This document shows, in pieces, positions 44,423-55,226 of a stretch of 64,000 bases of DNA. Made by a program: the position numbers and the translations under genes. The stretch comes from the human T2T-CHM13v2.0 reference genome, Homo sapiens. The notes beneath the pieces are model-generated. The model ran no database searches, was not told where the DNA came from, and was given only the letters and a program-made list of their open reading frames with translations. Each line of letters starts with the position of its first letter. Position 1 is the stretch's first letter. The stretch lies in assembly GCF_009914755.1 (NCBI RefSeq), contig NC_060928.1, one strand, 5' to 3'.

Positions 44423-47165
44423 CAGAGTGAGTAAATTGTATCGAAAATGCTTGGGATCAGAAGTGTTTTGAATTTTGAATTATTTTGCATTTTGGAATAT
44501 TTGCATATATGTAATAAGCTATCTTGGGGATGGTACTTAAATCTACATACAGAATTTATTTATGCTTCATATAAACCTTATACACACAAACTTGAAGGTA
44601 ATTTTATATGATGTTTTTATAATATCATATGATAATGATAAAAATTGATGGGAAAATACGATGTTAATATAATATATTTAATAATATCATACAAAATTAT
44701 AACGTTTTTGTACATTGAACCCTCAGAAAACAAAGGCGCCACTATTTTAGCCACCTATGTGTACAGTCTGTGATTTTTTGGCATCACCATCATTCCTGAC
44801 TTTGAGTTTATATGCTACCAATTGTTTCCTGACACTTATTTCCACATGAGTACTAAACAGTAAAAAAAAAAAAAAGTGGCATACCATTAAAACAATGAAA
44901 TATAGTGTGTTCAGGGTAACTAAACAACACATGGCATCACCAGAATACTTGCATCAGCTATTAAATGACAGCAACAACAAACAACAACAGCAGGATTTGT
45001 CTCTATCTATGATGTTTTCTTCCGATTAAAAGGTTACTATACACTAGGTTAGAAGAGACATCAGAAGTAGTTGAAGGACCAAGAAGTGAGTCCTTTAGGA
45101 ATAAAGAAGCAATCTGCTGAATGGCATTTTAAAATGTTTCATCTACAGTCATTTCTTTCATTGACAATGCTTTTTGTCTTAAAAGTCTCTCTTTGATCTT
45201 ATACATTGACAAGATGTCTTGTTCTGTTAGGAATACATGCTGCTCTAGTTCTTCAATAAGTCCATCACACATTTTCACCATGTTTCTATAGATGCTTTTT
45301 CTGCAGTGTTAACCACATCATCTGCATCATCACTATTATCACAGTCATCTGGTTTGAGAACCATTTCAGTTATTTCACCATCGGTCACTGAATGAACAAC
45401 TTGGAACCTCATTATTCATGTTAACAACTTCTTGGATATCCACTTCTTTCAGCCTACTGAAAGACTCTGAAGGTATATTTTTGCATATGTAAGAAGGTCA
45501 GACATCATCTTTTCTCACTTGGCATACAGAAACCTTCAAAGTCACCACCTTTCCATTATCATCACTGAACATAGTCACAGGCCAGAGGTTGTGTGTGTGT
45601 TTCAAATATTGGCAAGAGCATATCCGACATTCTTCATGCTAAACTTTTTTTGAAAACCTCACACATCTTCACTTCTCTTCACTTCTGTTCAATGCTCCTC
45701 AAGAAGGTGATTTTATATTTACTCTACATTTATCTAAAAATACCCTGATTATATGGTTGAATTAATGAAGTCACATTTGGGGGAAAGAACGTGGCATAAA
45801 CGTTCTTTTTTGTGAGAATTTAAGCTGGAAGATTAGCAGAACAACTATCAAGGAATGATAGAATCTTGCAGTTATTATTCATTCCAGTTTCCCTGTAGTG
45901 AGCATGAGCCACTGGCACAAAATGTTTGTGAAACCAATTAGAAAACATGATCCTGGTGATTCATGCTTTTTTGTTAGCATAGCAATGGATTGGTAAGAAA
46001 TTCACTCCTTGAAAACAGCAACGACGCGAGCTTATGCCTATCGCAGCAAGTTTATATTTATGCATGCCTGCTGCATTAGCGCATCCCTACACAGTTATTC
46101 TGTCCTTGGCATTCTTAATTCCTCCAGGGTCTGTCTCATCAGCTGTAGTCAGTGTCTTCCTGTCTCAATAATGCAAAAAGAGTGATATTGCATCAGCATT
46201 ATAGATTTGTTCTGGCCTCAAATTTTCATCAGCAATAATCTTGACAAAATAGTCAATGAATTTCTTCACTGCTTCATGATGAACAGATGCTTTATCACCA
46301 CAAATCTTTAAAAATTTAAAGCATCATCTTTTGTTACATTTCTGCAACTAGCTTGTTGACCACTCACAGTTCTCAATTTTCAGTTCACTTCAATAGACCT
46401 TTCATGATTAGAATACCACCAATGGCATGTGTGCACAGCAGCACTGGCAGATCCACTCTTTCAATGCACAACTGAGATCCTAATTTTTAGCATTATGCAG
46501 TGTTTTTCTATTTTTCAACTTATGTTCATATTTTTCAGCATTGAACTTCAACATTTATCCTTCTGTTTCTTCAGGTTATACATGGTGGTGATTCCTATAC
46601 CACTGTCTTCTGTTAGATGTTTCACACTTACACCACTGTCCAGTTCCTTCAACAGGTTGACATTTTGTGCTATAGATAAACATAAATGCCTTTTTTCTTA
46701 TCGTTGTTACCCATAGCGGTATCCATAGGCCTTTATGATATATTCAACAATATTCTTACACCACAGAGTAGAGAGTAAGCAAAAAAACCACAGCGAGTAA
46801 TGTATGTAGATATGGGCTCCACGTGCGGTGTCGTGGGGAACCTACTGTTGGCGCATCTGGCCTGCATGTATGTCACTTTATCACCCTTTTCTGGGTGTGA
46901 TTATGTGGAGTAATCTGTGTATGTGCAAAAAAGACTGATTGCAGCTGAATGGGCAGGGATGATTGGTTGGTTGTTTTTTAGCTCTTTCGGGATGCTGAAT
47001 AAACTGTGTGTTGTGCACCTGCATTTTAATTGCAACCCATCACATGGAACAGTGTCCAGGCTGGGTCTGGAATTTTCCCCTTGCAGTATCATGTCAGCTC
47101 TCAAAAAGTTTTTTATTTTGGTACATTTTGGATTTTTGATTTTTTGATTAGAAATGCTCAACCTG
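44423..47165 (-). mobile_element. Tigger4 (Zombi), near full-length autonomous pogo-type DNA transposon
   Basis: Left end 'cagagtgagta..aaatgcttgggatcagaagtgtttt'. Right end 'gattagaaatgctcaacctg' followed by TA. Length ~2.74 kb, with an internal transposase remnant. Strand is given as the transposase strand. Confidence 0.9.
45042..46741 (-). pseudogene. Tigger4 transposase remnant (CENP-B-type HTH plus DDE_1 domain), multiply disabled
   Basis: Manual translation of the minus strand: HLCLSIAQNVNLLKELDSGVSVKHLTEDSGIGITTMYNLKKQK (HTH), then ENLRPEQIYNADAISLF, KNAKDRITV*GCANAAGMHKYKL, ANKKA*ITRIMFSNWFHKHFVP, KILSFLDSCSAN and FPPNVTSLIQPYNQGI. Many stops and frameshifts. The start codon has decayed to ATA. 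Confidence 0.9.
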
Positions 47166-47639
47166 TAATGTGAAGTGCCACCCTAGAGGTTTGGATATGT
47201 ATCATTGTCATATTAAGGTCAGATACAAATTATTTATCTTTACACTCCTCTGATAACAAAAGGGGCTTGGAAAATGTTAACTCCATCTACATTTTCTGTT
47301 TTTTGTATTCTTGTTTTCAGATTTTTAAGTTCTACCTATATTTTAACCTCATAAGTCAATATGGTACTCTTTTTATAGTAAACATTCATTTCTATTTGTT
47401 CTTTTTCAAGCTCTTCTTTCCTTCCTCTATTTATTTCGTTAGATCTAGAATTATTTTTCTTCTACCTTTGGTTTTATTTTAGGGTATGGCTACTGGCAAT
47501 GTATAATCTGAGTTTCTGGTTGCCATTATAATTAAGTGATCTATTTACTGCCTATAAAATAAACTTTATAAGGTAAAAACTGAACAAAGAAGGCTGGAGG
47601 AGCTGAATTAATATAAGGAACAATAGACATTAAAATAAT

Positions 47640-48110
47640 TACTAGTGAAGATAAAACATAACCTACCATTCCATTCCTAAGTATATATAACATTTCCTGT
47701 ATTATTCATAACAGCACAAATATGGAAAAATATACATGTTTATCTATTATAATAGAGTAAAAAAGCTGAGGGTTGTTGATGTAATGGAACACTATTCAGT
47801 ATTAAAATTCAATCAAATATAGCTAACATATCAAGTTGTAGGAATTAAAGCATATGAAAATATAATAATGAGAAAAAATACAGAAGAAAACACACAGAGA
47901 CATTCAATGTATATAATGCTTACACATGCAAAAATAATAATATATATTTTAGGGAGATGATGTAATCAGGACTGAGGTATTCCACAGGTAACATCCAAAG
48001 TACTGAGAACGTTCCACTTCTTATTTGTGTGGCTTCCTATTCAGTTGTTCATTTTATTACAGATCTACTCTTTTGTATTCATGATCTTTTTCTGTATTTA
48101 TTTTAATATA
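47640..48110 (+). mobile_element. Ancient L1ME-like 3' fragments
   Basis: 'attattcataacagc..aatggaacactattcag..gagaacgttccacttct..gttcattttatt'. Diverged. Confidence 0.45.
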
Positions 48111-48739
48111 TATTTTCTAGTTAAACTATAAATATATATCAATTCATACACATGGTTTTTTTTTCTTAACAGGCAGTTAAGAAAGTTATCTTTACATTTA
48201 ATCAAAAAATCTGAAAATTTCTCCAAAGAAGGAACCAGTTTAAAGTTTTCTAGTATGGATCACTCTACCATATAGCGTATGCTACTCAACAGGAACTGAA
48301 ATTGGAGTCCTGTACAATAATTGTGTCCCATAACTGCTGCTTTAGAAATTACCTCAATAGTTCTGCCTTGAAGTCAAACCTGAAGATAAAATTTTCTCAA
48401 GGATTTGAGGCTTCAACAGCTGCTTAACTGTGTTTCTCTTATTAGGTGGGTATATAAATGTATATATGTATAAAATATATTTTTATAACTTTTAATGGAA
48501 AACTAGCAATTATCTCCTTTGCAAATTTTCTACAGAATTCTATTTAACCTTATAATAGCATACACTGGAAACTTTCCTTAAAAAAAAAAAAACAAATTTC
48601 TCAAGATATTGGATATTGCTTTAAAGTCTATTCTCTGAATGTCATTGTCTTATATTCTTTACAATTATTTATGATTTTGTTAAAAATAACAGCCCAACAA
48701 AAAACTCTGGGACATACTTGGACACACCTTTTTTATCCA

Positions 48740-49330
48740 TCTCACTAGTGCTTTTTCTTTTCTTCTTTTTTTTAAATTGACAATATTTCCTGGATATATT
48801 TTTATATATGTAGAAGAGAGCTTCCCTGTTCTGTTTTTCATCTGCATGTATGCCACTTATTTAACTAGTCTCTTTTACATGTGTAAAAATATAGTCTTTT
48901 TTACAGTTTAGAAAAAAACTAAAAGAATAGTTTTTTTCCTTGTCTTCTATTATGATAACTATGGCAATCCATACCACTGTGCACACAACATTTTGTAGAT
49001 GAAAGTAGACCCTTAGGACAGAGTCATAGAAATTGAATCAATGGATCAAAAGTAAGTTTATTTGAAATCCTAAATATTAAATAATAGATTATCCTTCCTG
49101 GAAGCAAGTCATGGCATTGTTGCACTCCCAGAAACAATGCAGAAGAGGGCCTATTTTCCAGTCTCCTCTATAATGGAGCATGCAGTGAATTTTAAGTTTT
49201 GGCTTATCTGACAGTCCAAAAAAAAGTATCTAAAACCAGTTTAAATTTGTGTGTCTGTTATTATAAATGATACTAAATATTTTTATATGTTTAACAAGTA
49301 TAGTTTTATATGTAGAATTGTTTGTGGTTT
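48740..49330 (-). mobile_element. Ancient L1ME-like fragments
   Basis: 'tagaaattgaatcaatggatcaaaa', 'tgcactcccagaaacaatgcagaagagggcctattttcc' and 'ttaaatttgtgtgtct'. Confidence 0.5.
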
Positions 49331-50014
49331 TATTGTAGTGATTACCTTTCATTTATATGCTTTTACATACTACATTCAATTTTTGTTTTTTTTTAAAAAT
49401 TATAATATCTCTCTTATATGGGTAAGAGAGAAAACAACCAATTATTTTGTGTCTTGTTCTCCTAAATTTAGTAATTAGGGTTAACTTTATCAATATTTAC
49501 CATTTTACTTTTAAATACGCTTAAACATTTTCTCTTTTTGTAAAAACAATTTTATCTAATTTCTCATGTTTCTTTGTGTCAGGCCTGGGAATATTGCTGA
49601 TCACTTACACTCAAATCCTCTGGCCAAAAATAAGTTACTTGAGTTCATGTAAATGAAAATGAACATAGAGAATTCAGGAAAAAAAATGTGGGTTTTGATG
49701 ATTGCTGAGAAATTTCTGTTTCTCCGAAATGTTAGAAATAATCTTATCTAATTTCTAATAAAATTTTTGTTTTTGGTTTTGTTGAAAAAAGAAAACCTTT
49801 CAAAAATTTGAAAAACGAAAACAAATTTTGTTTACATTTTTCTTTCTTTTTTGTTAAGTTTTACAGTTAATTATACACAGGATCTTTTTATGGATGTCAT
49901 GTTTATTCTTTTTCAAAAAACATATTACATTTTGTTGAATTTTCTTGGACTGGCTATTAGCAAGACGAATCCTTGGAAAAGTGAGAGAGGCCCGATGGCT
50001 CCTTATGTTTCTTT

Positions 50015-50924
50015 CTTTCTTTTTTTTTTTTTTTTACTTTTATAGGTTTGGGGTACATATGAAGGTTTGCTACATAGGTAAACACGTGTCAGAGGGGCTT
50101 GTTGTACAGATTATTTCATCATGCAGGTATTAAGCCTAGTACTCAATTGTTATTTTTTCTGCTCCTCTCCCTCCACCCGCCCTCTCCCCTCAAGTAGACC
50201 CCAGTGTTTGTTGATTCCTTCTTTCTGTTCAGAAGTTCTCATCATTTGCCTCCTACTTATGAGTAAGAACATACAGTATTTGGTTTTCTCTTCCTGGATT
50301 AGTTTGCTAAAGATAATAGTCTCCAGCTCCATCCATGTTTCTGCAAAAGACATGATCTCATTCTATTTGTGGCTGCATAGTATTCCATGGTGTGTGTGCA
50401 CAACGTTTTCTTTATCCAGTCTGTCACTGATGGACATTTAAGTGGATTCCATGTCTTTGCAATTGTGAATAGTGCCGTAATGAACATTCACGTGCATGTG
50501 TCTTTATGGTAGAATGGTTTATATTCCTCTGGGTATATACTCAGTAATGGGATTGTCAGGTCAAATGGTAGTTCTGCCTTTAGCTCTTAGAGGAATCACC
50601 GTACTGCTTTCCACAATGGTTGAATTAATTGACACTCCCACCAACAGTGTATAAGTGTTCGCTTTTCTCCACAACTTCACCAACATGTGTTATTTTTTGA
50701 CTTTTTATTCATAGCCATTCTGACGGGTGTGAGGTGGTATCTCATTGTGGTTTTGATTTGCCTTTCTCTAATGATCTTTTCTTCGTATGCTTTTTGGCTG
50801 CGTGTATGTCTTTTGTGAAATGTCTGTTCATGTCCTTTGCCCACTTTTAAATGAGATTATTTGTTTTCCTCTTTTAATGTTTTTTAAGTTCCTTGTAGAT
50901 GTGGGATATCAGAACTTTGTAAGG
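50015..50924 (-). mobile_element. L1PA13-15-like 3' end, 5'-truncated (~0.9 kb)
   Basis: Poly(T), 'gttgtacagattatttcatca..ggtattaagcctagta', 'ggctgcatagtattccatggtg' and 'gaggtggtatctcattgtggttttgatttg'. Candidate TSD tgtttcttt at 50006-50014 and 50925-50933. Confidence 0.95.
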
Positions 50925-51324
50925 TGTTTCTTTACAATTCTCATACAATTTCTATTGATATAGTGAAGGACTGTATCTTAAAATAATACCTCTTAGTAGC
51001 TATACTCCCTTTGCCTCTCAGAATCTGGTGTAAGAGTGCTTCTCCCACCAGCACAGATATTGATTGACATACTAGTCAATATGAACTATTAGCACAGCCT
51101 CTACCATCAAGGCTACCACTTTTAGAAAAACCAGTTTTTTTAAAGTGACCTCCCACTTCTGCCTTCTTTATTCACCTCTCTCACTGTGCACATCTATTTG
51201 ATCTCAGTACAATTTATAACAGTTTCGACATAGGGAAATAATATTTGGAAAGTGACAGAAATTTCTCAGCAATCATCAAAACCTACATTTTTGTTTTTCT
51301 TGAATTCTCTATGTTCATTTTCAT

Positions 51325-51672
51325 TTACATGAACTCAGGTGACTTATTTTTGGCCAGAGGAATGTGAGTGTAAGTGATCAGCAACACTCCTTGGCCTGAT
51401 ACAAAGACATTCAACGCCATACTCCCTATGCCCTTTCCCCTAACAGCCGGATCAAATGGTGATATGAGATTACCATTGTGGCCACTTACACAAGATGGAG
51501 AAGACTCTAAGAGCTGGGTCGTGAATGACAACATGAAGTAGGGATGCCATGCTAACTCATGCCCTTGCTCATGGCCATTGTGAGCAAGAAATAAACTTCT
51601 GTTATGATTGTGCTATGGAGAGCTAGAAAAGGGTTACATTAGTTATATAGCAAGTCTACCTTAACTAATAGA
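51325..51672 (+). mobile_element. MLT1I/J-like LTR
   Basis: 'gtgacttatttttggccagaggaatgtgagtgtaagtga..caagatggag..ctgggtcgtgaatgac..tgtgagcaagaaataaacttct..taactaata'. Confidence 0.75.
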
Positions 51673-52520
51673 ATGATTATTTCATTTTAGTAACTTTATC
51701 CTAACTTATTGAGAACAAATCAGAACAAGACAAAACCTAGAGGATATTGCTTGAGTTTAAGAGAGATGATAATCAATGTATTAAGTAAGTATCAATAAGG
51801 ATAAAAAGAAGTTGAATTCAATGAGGAAGCCATAGGGCTCTGATTGACAGGATGGTAAGGAAGAAGAGTGTGAGGAGTCTAATAGCATATCCAAAGGAAG
51901 GCAACATCAAGACCTGTACTCCATGTGCTGCATATGGTATTGATATTTTGTCAGAACTGTACACGAAACAGAAGAATCTCCTTAACATAGTTTCATATCT
52001 ATATTCAATAATAGTCAAAGTAGATATGGCTAAGTAAAATATTTCTTTTATTTCTTTTTCTGAAATACTGATTTCATTTTCACATATTGGGTAATTTTGT
52101 TCACACCACACCCCTCCCTATATGAAGATCATTTCGCAAATGGAGAAACATAATGTGGAGGGATAAAATCATTTGATTTGGGAATTTAAGTCACAAAGGA
52201 AATTCAGGTGCTGTTTTGGGATTTTTAGTCAAATCAGAGTCTACTGTTCTGGCTCTTATAAATGTGTATATAAGTGCAAAATATTTTAGAACTATCTCTA
52301 TTTTCTTTAAGATAAAACATTTTCCTAAAACAAAAAACAAAACAAATAACCCATTCACCTCTGTGGGTATGAGAAATCGTATTAAAGTAGAATTCAAAGG
52401 AAAATAGAAGCAGTTCTCTTCCAGTATATTTATTCTGAGAGAAGAAATTGTATTTTATACATAAGGCCAGATATTAGACACATACTCATAATTTTTTTCC
52501 ACTAAAATGGCATAATTTGT

Positions 52521-52983
52521 CTTTTTTATTATTATCATACTTTAAGTTCTGGGGTACATGAGCAGAACGTACAGTTTTGTTACACAGACATACATGTGCC
52601 ATGGAGGTTTGCTGCACCCATCAACTGGTCACCTACATTAGGTGTTTCTCCTATTGCTATCCCTCCTGTAGTCCCCCCACCCCCGGACAGGCCATGGTAT
52701 GTGATGTTCCCCTCCCTGTGTCCACGTGTTCTCATTGTTTAACTCCTACTTATGACTGAGAACATGTGGTGTTTGGTTTTCTGTTCTTGTGTTAGTTTGC
52801 TGAGAATGATGGTGTCCAGCTTCATCTATGTCCCTGCAAAGGACATGAACTCCTCCTTTTTTATGGCTGCATAGTATTGCATGGTGTATATGTGCCAAAT
52901 TTTCTTTATCCAGTCTATCATTGATAGACATTTGGGTTCCAAGTCTTTGCTGTTGTAAATAGTGCTGCAATAAACATATGTGT
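52521..52983 (-). mobile_element. L1PA7/8-like 3' end, 5'-truncated (~460 bp)
   Basis: 'actttaagttctggggtacatg..gtttgctgcacccatcaac', 'gtgatgttcccctccctgtgtcc' and 'gtccctgcaaaggacatgaactc'. Confidence 0.95.
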
Positions 52984-53008
52984 AATTAAGGAAAAAAGCT
53001 TATATTAC

Positions 53009-53115
53009 CTATTTTTTAAAGTTTTAAAAGTTTTTAAAACCTATTATTTTAAATAAAAATTAAAAGTATTTGGGTATATAATAGCTTTTAAAAACTTTTA
53101 AAACTTTAAAAATAG
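53009..53115. repeat. Inverted repeat with 37/38-bp arms and a 32-nt spacer
   Basis: Left arm ctattttttaaagttttaaaagtttttaaaacctatta (53009-53046). The reverse complement of the right arm (53079-53115) is ctatttttaaagttttaaaagtttttaaaagctatta: one indel and one mismatch. Confidence 0.9.
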
Positions 53116-53337
53116 ATATTTTTTGCTTAATGAATTTCAGAATAATTACTCTCTTGATTCTTAATTACTTTTGGAGGCATTTTGAGCAACAATTTGTCCC
53201 TCACTCCTCACAAATTCTGGACACACAGATGATATCCTCTGGGAACTCTCTTGTTTTTACTTTCCTTTTTGGGCCAAATCCTCATCTTTCTGTTTCCATG
53301 TAAAAGTCATTCAGTCTAACAACACATATTAAAGCTT

Positions 53338-53967
53338 TTTAAAGAACAGATTTGAAATATACTTCATGTACCATACAACTCAATTACAGTGTAGAATTCA
53401 ATAGTTTTTAATGTATTTGCAGAGTTGAGCAATTATCATCACAAATTTTACACCATTTATATAATTTAAAAAAGGAGTAATATTAATGACATTCATTCGT
53501 CCCTGATGTCCAGTCTCAGGAAATTACTAATCTAATTTTTGTATCTATTATTTTGTCTATTATGGACATTTATGACTGACTTCTTTTACTTAGCATAATG
53601 TTTTCAAGGTTCATTCATGTTGAAGTATGTATCAATATTCCATTTCTTTTGATTGTCAAATATTTCATTGTATAGATTCCATTGTATGAACATTTTATTT
53701 ATCCATTCAACAGCTGATGAACATTTGGGTTATTCCACTTTCTGACTTTTATACATAATGCTGCTATGAACATGAGTGTTTAAGTTTTTATGTGGACATA
53801 TGTTTTCATTTATTTTGGGTATATTTCTAGGAGTGGAATTTCTGAATCATATGGTATCTTTATATTTAACATTTTGAGGAAATGCCAAATTGCTTTCCAA
53901 AGTGGATGCATCATTTTACAATCTTAGCAGTAATGTATGAGGGTGCCAATTTCTCTAGAACCTCATG
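53338..53967 (-). mobile_element. L1MB (MB7/8-like) 3' region inserted in an L2 tail
   Basis: 'cttttacttagcataatgttttcaaggttcattcatgttg' and 'ttttatgtggacatatgttttcatt..ctaggagtggaatt'. Approximate TSD catattaaagct / catattaagct. The L2 tail 'ctatgtgctggg..gaatatagcagtgaa' resumes at ~53980. Confidence 0.88.
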
Positions 53968-54289
53968 CATATTAAGCTCTTGCTATGTGCTGGGCTCTGT
54001 TACACACTGAGAATATAGCAGTGAATATAGCATTCATCAGATTTACTCTTATACCGTTTGCTTTCTCTTCGCTGAATCTTGTCAGATTTTCCTGGAATTA
54101 CTCAAGGCCTTGGTAGAGATTTCAATGGCATGATTATATAATTTGATAATAATTATACCTCATTTTCTATAGTGCTTTAGAATCTTCAAAATTCTTCAGC
54201 TTTAATAAATCACTACAGAGAAGGCAAAAATAATGAAATTAGGTCAAATAATTTGTAACTTGCCAAAGCAAAAAGCTAGCAAGTCTCAT

Positions 54290-54418
54290 TTTCATTTTTT
54301 GGTAGAAATGGGATCTGCTATGTTGCCCAGGCTGGTCTCGAACTTCTGGCCTCAAGTGATCTTCCGGCCTCAGCCTCCCAAACTGTGGAGATTACAGGAA
54401 TGAGCCACTGTTCTTGGC
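54290..54418 (-). mobile_element. FLAM_C / free left Alu monomer
   Basis: A single monomer, 'ctatgttgcccaggctggtctcgaacttctggcctcaagtgatcttcc', with 'tctcatttt' on both sides. Confidence 0.88.
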
Positions 54419-55038
54419 AGTTCTCATTTTCTAATTGCTAACCTAGGAATCTCTCATCCATTCTATGATATGAGAAGTTTGCCTATCACCTTTTAAAATT
54501 ATTTCTACTTATTATTTTCATAATTTTATTCTTATACACTAACACTTTTAGATTGAATATTCTTGCTTTTGTTACCTAATCTACTACTGATTCTAAAGTT
54601 GATTATTTCAGGGTGATAAGTGAATAGTAGGGAAAGGGAAAACTGTTTTTCATCTCTCAAAACACATCAACAAGGCTTAGTCTTATATCTAACTCAATGA
54701 AAGATCTTCATTGTGTTAGCCTAATGAGTTTTATTTGTGATCTCATTCACATAATGTTTAGATGAAATAATCACCTATTTTTGAACCCTTCTAATTTCTT
54801 TTCCTTTTTCCTCTTTTTAACTGATAACTCTTCTTATATAAAGTGGCTGTTAAAAGGGGAATTAAAGCAAAGACTAGAAAAATACCTGTTTCTATATAAC
54901 ACTTTAGAGAGTAATTATTGGCTCTTTTTGAGGAAATGGTTAAATTTCTATTTGGAGAAATTACTTTACAAGAGAGACCAGCATTATTGTATCACAGTAG
55001 TGTATTTCTTCTTCAAATAGTAGTTTGTTTTTGGTAGA

Positions 55039-55226
55039 CCAATGCTTCCTAGACTTTAGACTCACCTGGGGAGATGTTACAAAGATCTTTGCTTGGGCAC
55101 CATCCCCAGAGATTCTCTCTAAATTGGACTTGGAGGAGGTGGGGGCATGTTTTAGAAATGACAATATATAAAATCTTTCTAGGTGATTCTAAATTGAAGA
55201 AAAGTGTAAAGGTATAAGAATCACTG
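55039..55226. mobile_element. MER5A/5B (hAT-Charlie)
   Basis: 'caatgcttcctagact..tcacctgggga..ccccagagattct..aggtgattctaa..agaatcactg'. Confidence 0.75.

Larger units (their letters stand above)
43867..47180 (-). mobile_element. MER3 (hAT-Charlie), split into 43867-44032 and ~47168-47180 by MSTD and Tigger4
   Basis: 'gctgtcctatattgtagc..acatttcaagtgctca..ggctactgta..acagtgcaaatatagaa'. 8-bp TSD ccctagag at 43859-43866 and 47181-47188. Confidence 0.7.
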
